Shown: piece by piece, positions 27,108 through 33,600 of the stretch
Numbering within the stretch: the first letter of the stretch is position 1
Layout: each line of letters begins with the position of its first letter
Assembly: GCA_049969195.1 (NCBI GenBank)
Contig: JBMFPI010000001.1
Coordinates: forward strand, 1 to 33,600
Length of the DNA: 33,600 nucleotides
From: Armatimonadota bacterium
GTDB taxonomy: Bacteria > Armatimonadota > UBA5829
Reading direction: 5' to 3'
Notes under the pieces: generated by a model
The model's database searches: none
What the model was told of the DNA's origin: nothing
Seen by the model: the letters and a program-made list of their open reading frames with translations, nothing else
Position numbers and translations under genes: made by a program

Positions 27108-28514
27108 ATGAAGAAACGACCCAATCTGGTACTGTTCGGTATTGACAGCCTGCGGGCCGACCATATGAGTCTGTACGGATATCACAGGCTGACCACCCCG
27201 CACATGGACAAGCTGGCTGCGCGAGGATGTGTGTTTGAGAACGCGTTCAGCCCGTCCATTCCGACCACGCCGGGCTACGCATCGATGTTCACGGGCATGG
27301 ACTGTTTCGGGACAGACGTAGTTGCCCTGCGCCACGAAGGGATGCTGGGCAGTCACGTCAAGACGCTTGCCGAGGTACTGGGCGAGCACGGATATAACAC
27401 GACGTGCGTGGGGTTCTCAGGCAATCAGGCCTCACGTGGCTTCCAGAATTACATCGACTTCCCAGGTTGGGGATCCTGGGCGGAAGGTCGCAGCCCAAAG
27501 GCCGAAAACCTCAACAAGGTAGCGATCCCTGAGCTGAAGCGCCTGGCCGCCGACGAGAAGCCGTTCTTCCTGTTCTTGCGGCACATGGACCCACATTCAC
27601 CGTATCTGCCGCCCTACCCCTTCGAGCGCATTTTCTGGGACGGGGACGAGTTCGATCCCGACAACCATTCCCTCGACCCGGTTATGAGCTTCAAGCCGTT
27701 TTGCGACTATTTCGCGAGCTGGTTCCCACCGGGCTGCACGGACAAAGACTACATCATCGCCCAATACGACGGCGCCCTGGCGTATATGGACGCGTGCATC
27801 GCCAACATCATCGCTACCGTACGCGGGCTCGGGATAGAGGAAGACACTTTGATGGTGTTCGACTCGGACCACGGGGAAACGCTCTACGACCACGAATGCT
27901 GGTTTGACCACCACGGCCTTTACGACTGCACACTACACATCCCTCTGTTCTTCTATATGCCGGGCAAGGTTCCCGAGGGCAAGCGCTTCAAGGACTACGT
28001 TCAGGTCAAGGACATAATGCCCACGATTCTGGACCTGCTGGGCATCAAGACCAAGATCAAATTCGACGGCCGCAGCCTGGTTCCGCTGTTCGAGGGAAAG
28101 CCGCGCGTGCAGGAACCGGAGTTCTACATAACCGAAGCGACCTGGATGCGCAAGCACGGTTGGAGAACGCCGGAATGGAAGTACATCCACGCTCTTGAGC
28201 CTGATTTCCACTTCAAGCCGGAGATCGAGCTGTATAACCTTATCAATGATCCGGATGAAAACTTTAACATAGCCAATGACAACCCGGAGGTTGTCAGGAT
28301 GCTCGAGGAGAGGATGCAGAAGTGGATAGCGAAGCGCGAGCGCGAGACTGGTCGCACCAACCCGATGTACACAAACCTGAATTGGCACGGGCACGGCGTG
28401 GAGTTCAAGTCGTCTCAGGAAGCCTATGACACATTGCACATAGGCTCGCCTCACGCCGCCCAGGAGCTCCAGGCGAAAGAACTGCAGACTCAGAGGGGGC
28501 AGAAGACGCTGTGA
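27108..28514 (+). CDS. sulfatase-family (alkaline phosphatase superfamily) hydrolase/transferase lacking the FGly motif
   Basis: ATG 27108 with GAGAGGA RBS. LVLFGIDSLRADH, DSDHGE. Where type I sulfatases carry C/S-x-P-x-R, this protein has SPSIPTTPGYASMFTG. Confidence 0.8.
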   Translation: MKKRPNLVLFGIDSLRADHMSLYGYHRLTTPHMDKLAARGCVFENAFSPSIPTTPGYASMFTGMDCFGTDVVALRHEGMLGSHVKTLAEVLGEHGYNTTCVGFSGNQASRGFQNYIDFPGWGSWAEGRSPKAENLNKVAIPELKRLAADEKPFFLFLRHMDPHSPYLPPYPFERIFWDGDEFDPDNHSLDPVMSFKPFCDYFASWFPPGCTDKDYIIAQYDGALAYMDACIANIIATVRGLGIEEDTLMVFDSDHGETLYDHECWFDHHGLYDCTLHIPLFFYMPGKVPEGKRFKDYVQVKDIMPTILDLLGIKTKIKFDGRSLVPLFEGKPRVQEPEFYITEATWMRKHGWRTPEWKYIHALEPDFHFKPEIELYNLINDPDENFNIANDNPEVVRMLEERMQKWIAKRERETGRTNPMYTNLNWHGHGVEFKSSQEAYDTLHIGSPHAAQELQAKELQTQRGQKTL

Positions 28515-29506
28515 AGTTGCGCGTTTGTGTCGTAGGCCTCGGTCCGATCGGCAACCTTCATTCCCGTGTCTACAAAGAGGACGACCTTTGTGAGCTCGTC
28601 GGCGTATGCGACATCATCGAGGACCGCGCGAGGGCAGCCGGCGAACGGTTTGGGGTGCCGTGGTTCCTGAATGCAGAAGAAATGTTTCAACAACTGCGGC
28701 CGGACGTCGTCAGCGTTGCCACAGGCGGATTCGAATATGGAAGCGACCACTACGAGCCTACGATCGAAGCGCTCCGTGCAGGCTGTCACGTCCTCTGCGA
28801 GAAGCCCATTCATAACGAAATAGCCAAAGCCGAGGAAATGGTGCGCGTAGCGCGAGAGCACAATCGATGCCTGGCTGTCAACCTCAACCACAAGTTTACC
28901 CCGGCGGCACGTCTTGCGAAGCAGTGGCTAGATGAAGGGCGCCTTGGCGATCTGTTGTTCTGCAATGTGGCGTTATGGATTGGAAAGCCCGGCTCATTCG
29001 ATTCGCCTTACTTCCACCTGAAGGCACTGAATCCTCATTCTGCGGACATTATGCGCTACTACTGCGGTGATGTGGCACGGGTCCAGTGCTTCGCGATGAA
29101 GGCACCCGGGCGCAATATCTGGTCCACAGCCTCTTTCAACGTGCAGTTTGCAAACGGAGCGGTAGGCCACCTGACGTCAAGTTACGACCTCGCGCGCGGG
29201 CACCCTATGGAGCGCTGCGAAGTCGCCGGCACGAAGGGGCGGTTCGTTCTCGAAGACATGTGGCGCGAAGTCACGCTCTATCCGGCAGACAATCTCGTGA
29301 AATGGGTTTACACAAACCCGGTCTTCGGCGGGTTTCGGGACTTTGATGACACATTTCGAGATCGGTTGCACAGGTTCTTGCATCAGATTGCCGATGGCGC
29401 ATCCCCCGATGAGATCGACGGCTCCGGTGCGGACGGCCTTGCTGCCCAGAAGATCATCCAGGCCGGGATTGAGTCTCTCGAAACCGGCCGTGTTGTAGAC
29501 GTATGA
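28511..29506 (+). CDS. Gfo/Idh/MocA family oxidoreductase
   Basis: GTG start overlapping the upstream stop (GTGA). MKLRVCVVGLGPIGNLH Rossmann motif, CEKP motif. Confidence 0.88.
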   Translation: MKLRVCVVGLGPIGNLHSRVYKEDDLCELVGVCDIIEDRARAAGERFGVPWFLNAEEMFQQLRPDVVSVATGGFEYGSDHYEPTIEALRAGCHVLCEKPIHNEIAKAEEMVRVAREHNRCLAVNLNHKFTPAARLAKQWLDEGRLGDLLFCNVALWIGKPGSFDSPYFHLKALNPHSADIMRYYCGDVARVQCFAMKAPGRNIWSTASFNVQFANGAVGHLTSSYDLARGHPMERCEVAGTKGRFVLEDMWREVTLYPADNLVKWVYTNPVFGGFRDFDDTFRDRLHRFLHQIADGASPDEIDGSGADGLAAQKIIQAGIESLETGRVVDV

Positions 29507-29553
29507 CCGCAAGTGTGAAAAAACCGGTCATATTCGCATCCGAGTTTGCCTTC

Positions 29554-29595
29554 TTGACCTGCGTCAATGTGGCGGGTGCGTATGTGCGGTACAAT
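29554..29595 (+). promoter_or_regulatory. CRP/FNR-family (HcpR/FNR-type) box plus -10 element of hcp promoter
   Basis: Perfect palindrome TTGAC-CTGC-GTCAA (29554-29567). TACAAT -10 at 29590-29595 places the box centre near -41.5 (class II geometry). Confidence 0.6.
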
Positions 29596-29630
29596 ACCCC
29601 CGACTACGAACAAATGGAGGTAAAGTCGGT

Positions 29631-31295
29631 ATGAGTATGTTCTGCTTTCAATGCGAGCAGACGGCCATGGGAACGGGCTGCACGAAGCGCGGCGTGTGCG
29701 GTAAGGACGAAGTCACTGCCGACCTGCAAGACCTGCTGTTGTACCTTACAAAAGGCATCGCTATGTACGCGCATCGCGCCCGAAGTTTCGGGGCCATCAA
29801 CCGCGGGGTGGACGTTTTCACCGTAGAAGCGCTCTTTGCAACGGTTACGAACGTGGATTTTGACCCGGAACGCATAGCTGAGCTGATATACAAGGCCGAC
29901 AGCATCCGGGGCGAGGCCAGAGCCCTGTATCAGGAGGCGTGCCGCAAAGCCGGCGAATCTCCCGAACGCCTGGAAGGACCTGCCGTCTTGACTCCGGCGG
30001 GGGACATCGACGGACTGGTTGCTCAGGCGCTGGAGATAGGCATTCCAAAGCGCCGCGAGCTGCTTGGGGAAGACATTACGAGCCTCCAGGAGATCATCAC
30101 CTACGGCCTGAAGGGCGCGGCAGCCTATGCTGATCACGCCCAGATTCTGGGCAAAGAGGACCCTCAGATCTACGGGATCTTTCACGATGGCCTGAATCTG
30201 CTCACAAAACCGGATCCCAATGTCGACGAGCTCCTGGGTATGGCTCTCAAAGTCGGCGAATTGAACCTCAAGGTGATGGAACTCCTCGACGCCGCCCACA
30301 CGGGCGCCTACGGTCATCCGACCCCTACCCCCGTCCGCATCACACCCGTGAAGGGCAAGGCAATCGTTGTTTCGGGCCACGACCTGCGCGATCTGGAGAT
30401 GCTCCTGAAGCAGACAGACGGAAAGGGGATCAACGTCTACACTCACGGCGAGATGCTGCCCGCGCACGGCTATCCGAAGCTCAAGGCCTACAAGCATCTG
30501 GTGGGCAATTACGGCGGTGCATGGCAGGATCAGGTGAGGGAATTCGACGAGTTTCCCGGCGCGATTCTGATGACGACTAACTGCATTCAGAAACCACGTG
30601 ACAGCTACAAGGGACGAATCTTCACGACAGGTTTGGTCGCCATGCCGGGTGTTTTACACATCGGATCCAGGCCCAACGGCGAAAAGGACTTCACACCAGT
30701 GATTGACGCCGCGCTAGCGGCCCCAGGATTCGCCGAGGACGAACCGGAAAAGACGATCACGGTCGGGTTCGGTCACGAGGCCGTCCTCAGTGCTGCACCG
30801 GCGATTATCGACGCGGTCAAGAGCGGCAAAATCAGGCATTTCTTCCTGATCGGCGGCTGCGACGGCGCCAAGCCGGGGCGAAACTACTACACGGACTTTG
30901 CTCAGCTCGTGCCCAGCGATTGCGTCATACTCACGCTCGCCTGCGGCAAATACCGATTCAACAAGCTTGACTTCGGCTCAATCGACGGCATTCCTAGGTT
31001 GATCGACATCGGCCAGTGCAACGATGCATACTCGGCGATCCAGATCGCACTGGCGCTCTCTAAGGCGTTCGGAGTCGGGGTCAACGAGCTGCCGCTTTCT
31101 TTGATACTGTCGTGGTATGAGCAGAAGGCGGTTGCAATCCTTCTGACGTTGCTGGCACTGGGGATCAAGAACATCCGACTCGGCCCGAGCCTGCCTGCTT
31201 TCATCTCCCCCACGATCCTGAACGCGCTCGTGGAGAAGTTCGACATCAAGCCGATCTCGACGCCCCAGGAAGACCTGAAGGCGATCCTCGGCTGA
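29631..31295 (+). CDS. hcp: hybrid cluster protein (hydroxylamine reductase)
   Basis: MSMFCFQCEQTAMGTGCTKRGVCGK N-terminal Cys cluster, 554 aa. GGAGG RBS 10 nt upstream. Confidence 0.96.
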   Translation: MSMFCFQCEQTAMGTGCTKRGVCGKDEVTADLQDLLLYLTKGIAMYAHRARSFGAINRGVDVFTVEALFATVTNVDFDPERIAELIYKADSIRGEARALYQEACRKAGESPERLEGPAVLTPAGDIDGLVAQALEIGIPKRRELLGEDITSLQEIITYGLKGAAAYADHAQILGKEDPQIYGIFHDGLNLLTKPDPNVDELLGMALKVGELNLKVMELLDAAHTGAYGHPTPTPVRITPVKGKAIVVSGHDLRDLEMLLKQTDGKGINVYTHGEMLPAHGYPKLKAYKHLVGNYGGAWQDQVREFDEFPGAILMTTNCIQKPRDSYKGRIFTTGLVAMPGVLHIGSRPNGEKDFTPVIDAALAAPGFAEDEPEKTITVGFGHEAVLSAAPAIIDAVKSGKIRHFFLIGGCDGAKPGRNYYTDFAQLVPSDCVILTLACGKYRFNKLDFGSIDGIPRLIDIGQCNDAYSAIQIALALSKAFGVGVNELPLSLILSWYEQKAVAILLTLLALGIKNIRLGPSLPAFISPTILNALVEKFDIKPISTPQEDLKAILG

Positions 31296-31334
31296 AGCTC
31301 ACGGGTCGGAACGAGATCAACACGAGGCAAATGA

Positions 31335-31357
31335 GGGCCGGGCAACACACCCGGCCC
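31335..31357. terminator. hairpin between convergent hcp and cytochrome c genes
   Basis: GGGCCGGG-CAACACA-CCCGGCCC (8-bp GC stem). T-tracts are weak on both strands. Confidence 0.45.
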
Positions 31358-31394
31358 TTGCACTTGAATAATAGTCAGCGCCCTGCCCTCTGGG

Positions 31395-31733
31395 CTACTT
31401 GGTGGGCTTGCTCTTCGGGTCGCCGGGCAAAGTGCCGGCCTTGATCTCCGCGATGTTGGAGAACTTGTCTTTGTCGGCGTCCTTTTGCTCGATCGCCTTC
31501 AGCGAGGCGGCCTCGACCTTCTTGCCCTTCAGCAGCTGGCCGTACGGGTTAAGGCCTTTCTTGCCGGCGGTATCCAGGTGGCAGACTGCACACCTGGCCT
31601 TCTTGATCGCTCCGTTCGGCTTCGGCGCGTAGCACTCGTTGAAGACCTTGAACCAGGCAAGCGTCGCAAATGCTGACCCGATGGCCAGCAGTACGCCCGC
31701 TGTCACAAGCACTCCGATGCCAATCTTCCTCAA
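31395..31733 (-). CDS. membrane-anchored mono-haem c-type cytochrome
   Basis: TTG start with AAGGAGG 7 nt upstream. N-terminal TM helix, a single CAVCH (CxxCH) motif, and a DADKDKFSNIAE EF-hand-like loop. Confidence 0.75.
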   Translation of the reverse strand: MRKIGIGVLVTAGVLLAIGSAFATLAWFKVFNECYAPKPNGAIKKARCAVCHLDTAGKKGLNPYGQLLKGKKVEAASLKAIEQKDADKDKFSNIAEIKAGTLPGDPKSKPTK

Positions 31734-31801
31734 GATTCAACCTCCTTTTCCACTCAGACAGCACGCCGGACAGCCGAGCCTCTGTCAGCGATCCGACATG
31801 A

Positions 31802-31832
31802 CAGGCTCTTGCGATAGGCGCGTTTTGGGCGA
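31802..31832 (+). repeat. PE copy K (left arm; a decayed remainder may extend to ~31916)
   Basis: CAGGCTCTTGCGATAGGCGCGTTTTGGGCGA. Downstream GGCTGAGGTGGCGCA and TAGCGACGAGG weakly resemble the bulge and distal arm. Confidence 0.55.
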
Positions 31833-32017
31833 TGCGCCCGTCCACTGCCCATCGTCCGGGGCCTTGCTACTCCGGCTGAGGTGGCGCAGGCACCGCGCCC
31901 GCATCTAGCGACGAGGCCGTACATTATCTGGGACCGGCTATGTGCTGGCTTCCTTCATGCCCCACGGCCCTGACTTGCCGATCCACGCCGTTGCGCGGCC
32001 GCGATCAAGCCCTATCC

Positions 32018-32114
32018 GCCCTTGCCGCGTAGTTTTTCGGCCCAGCCATTGTCGCGGCTCAGAAGCGTCGAGTCGACGAAAGCGCCGGCTTTGCGTCCTA
32101 TCGCAATAATCTCA
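32018..32114 (+). repeat. PE copy L (full, left arm shortened)
   Basis: CCCTTGCCGCGTAG-TTTTTCGGCCC-AGCCATTGTCGCGGCTCAGAAGCGTCGAG-TCGACGAAAGCGC-CGGCTTTGCGT-CCTATCGCAATAATCTCA. Confidence 0.75.
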
Positions 32115-32166
32115 CATGACTGTATGACGAGAACCTCGGGCAATCCTCCCCCCAACCCTGCCTTTA

Positions 32167-33540
32167 CTATCGGGCGCGGATGATAAGCCATTCGTCCCAC
32201 GACGTGTCGACGGCGAACCGAAGAGCGGCATAGCCCCCGGTGTAAGCGTTGGCAGGCGGAACGTAGATACCCAGGCCGTGCGCGTTCCGCATGTCCGGGC
32301 CGTGCGCCTCAGCAACGATTGCCCTATCGGCGGCCTGTGACAACCTCGCGTAGGCACCCTGAGCGGAGACCCCGATTGCGGACGCGCATCGTGAAGCATA
32401 GTCCACCAGGTCCAGATAATTGCGATTGGCACTGCCGTCGGCGGTAGAGTAGTTGAGCGCAGACACACGAGCCGACTCCAGAGCACTGCGCCGATCACCG
32501 CTGCCGATCAGCAGCCTTGCAAATTCGTCTACCGCGCCGACAAGCTCGCCAACCCGGGAAAGATCGACCGCGCTGTGCGCAATGCCCTTGCGGGGCGGCG
32601 GGTAGGCCGCGACATACTCGTTCACCAGAATCTCGCACAACTGTTGGGGCGTTGTATCCGTAGCTACCCGGCTGATCCAGGAGAAGTAGTCATATCCCGG
32701 CGAGGGCTCGGCCGAAGGCGAGCCGACCATATAGCCGGCGCAGTCCTGCAACTCGTACGCTACTTCGATCTGCTGCATCAGGCACGCATCGAACGCCAGA
32801 ACCGAAATACCTTTACCGGTAAGGGCCCTGGGTATGTCGGTGACGTTCATTGCGGAATAGTTCGTTTCGTCAGAGGCGATGTACCGGTGCTGCGGAAGTG
32901 CCAGAGTCTTGAACTGCCACCCCGTTCCGTGGTCCCAGATAACCAAGCAATAGTTGTCGGAGGGCGACTCGCGCATGCCCCACTCCACGAATTGCGCCAA
33001 CGTTCGCCAGCTCCCCATATCGAGCTCGCCGAGCGGCGGGTCGTCAAGTCGCAGGGAGTTGATCTTGTCGGAATCAAAATCGCGGGTCACCAGATAGCGA
33101 CGAGTATCGGTCCAGTCGCCGTTGGAAGAATCGTGGCCCGCAGCGCGGTCGATCTGCACGAGGATGTGCACATCCCGCGTGGATCCGATCATCTCCATCT
33201 GGTTAACATTGGCAACGCCGGAGGACTCCAGGTCGTTGTCGGCGTCCATATAGACGAGTATCGTCCAGGCCGAGTGCTGCCCACATTCTTCCCTCGTCGA
33301 TATCGCGGGGCTGGAGTTCGGCACGTTGAGATTGGGACCGCCGACAACCGGTAGCGGCGTATACATACTCCTTGTCCCGGACCCGCAACCGCCAGCCAGC
33401 GCTGCGAGAACCGTCACAAGCACTGTACGAATCTTCAATAGCCTATACCATCCGACACGCGCCAAACTTATGCAACGTATTAGCTCAGTCTTGCCAGCGC
33501 AAACCACCGGGTTGCGTTCTATTGAGCCTGTCCCAGCCAT
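32167..33540 (-). CDS. clostripain-like (peptidase C11) cysteine protease, probable lipoprotein
   Basis: ILVYMDADNDLE, VIWDHGTGW (catalytic His), AFDACLM (catalytic Cys). Signal/lipobox-like KIRTVLVTVLAALAGGC suggests the real start may be TTG 33438 rather than ATG 33540. Confidence 0.8.
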   Translation of the reverse strand: MAGTGSIERNPVVCAGKTELIRCISLARVGWYRLLKIRTVLVTVLAALAGGCGSGTRSMYTPLPVVGGPNLNVPNSSPAISTREECGQHSAWTILVYMDADNDLESSGVANVNQMEMIGSTRDVHILVQIDRAAGHDSSNGDWTDTRRYLVTRDFDSDKINSLRLDDPPLGELDMGSWRTLAQFVEWGMRESPSDNYCLVIWDHGTGWQFKTLALPQHRYIASDETNYSAMNVTDIPRALTGKGISVLAFDACLMQQIEVAYELQDCAGYMVGSPSAEPSPGYDYFSWISRVATDTTPQQLCEILVNEYVAAYPPPRKGIAHSAVDLSRVGELVGAVDEFARLLIGSGDRRSALESARVSALNYSTADGSANRNYLDLVDYASRCASAIGVSAQGAYARLSQAADRAIVAEAHGPDMRNAHGLGIYVPPANAYTGGYAALRFAVDTSWDEWLIIRAR

Positions 33541-33600
33541 AGTGGAAAGTTGGCTGGTGGCTCGCCTATTCTATGCCGCTTTGCCCTCCTGGTCAATATG

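Noticed and set aside
33364-33380. ATG 33366 preceded by AAGGAG as the start of the C11 peptidase
   Set aside because: The AAGGAG is only 1 nt from the ATG, and this start would remove the signal/lipobox sequence. TTG 33438 or ATG 33540 are preferred.

Overview
High-GC (about 58-60 % by eye) bacterial chromosomal segment, densely coding. I call 26 CDS; one runs off the left edge and is missing from the supplied ORF track. Most content is housekeeping: groES-groEL with a CIRCE operator, tspO, a yggS-sepF-proC-divIVA cell-division cluster (Terrabacteria-type; the lineage cannot be named from sequence alone), alr, gpsA and hcp, plus envelope/glycan genes. Three things stand out. (1) A dense family of ~100-bp, sequence-conserved, long-hairpin palindromic repeats fills most of the larger intergenic gaps: 9 near-full and about 6 decayed copies, roughly a quarter of the ~4.5 kb of non-coding DNA. 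Their arm substitutions are mostly G:U-type, which preserves pairing only on the + (mRNA-sense) strand. (2) Three tandem paralogues of a eukaryotic-TMTC-like GT-C/TPR membrane glycosyltransferase are interleaved with a DPM1/GtrB-like GT2, making a candidate uncharacterised bacterial protein O-glycosylation module. (3) A Cas4-like Fe-S PD-(D/E)XK nuclease and an NA37 (NdpA/YejK-like) protein are divergently transcribed, with no CRISPR, AddA/RecB or mobile-element context. I recognised no rRNA, tRNA, CRISPR array, transposase or integrase. Functional calls rest on motifs read by eye and remembered family signatures; no database search was possible.
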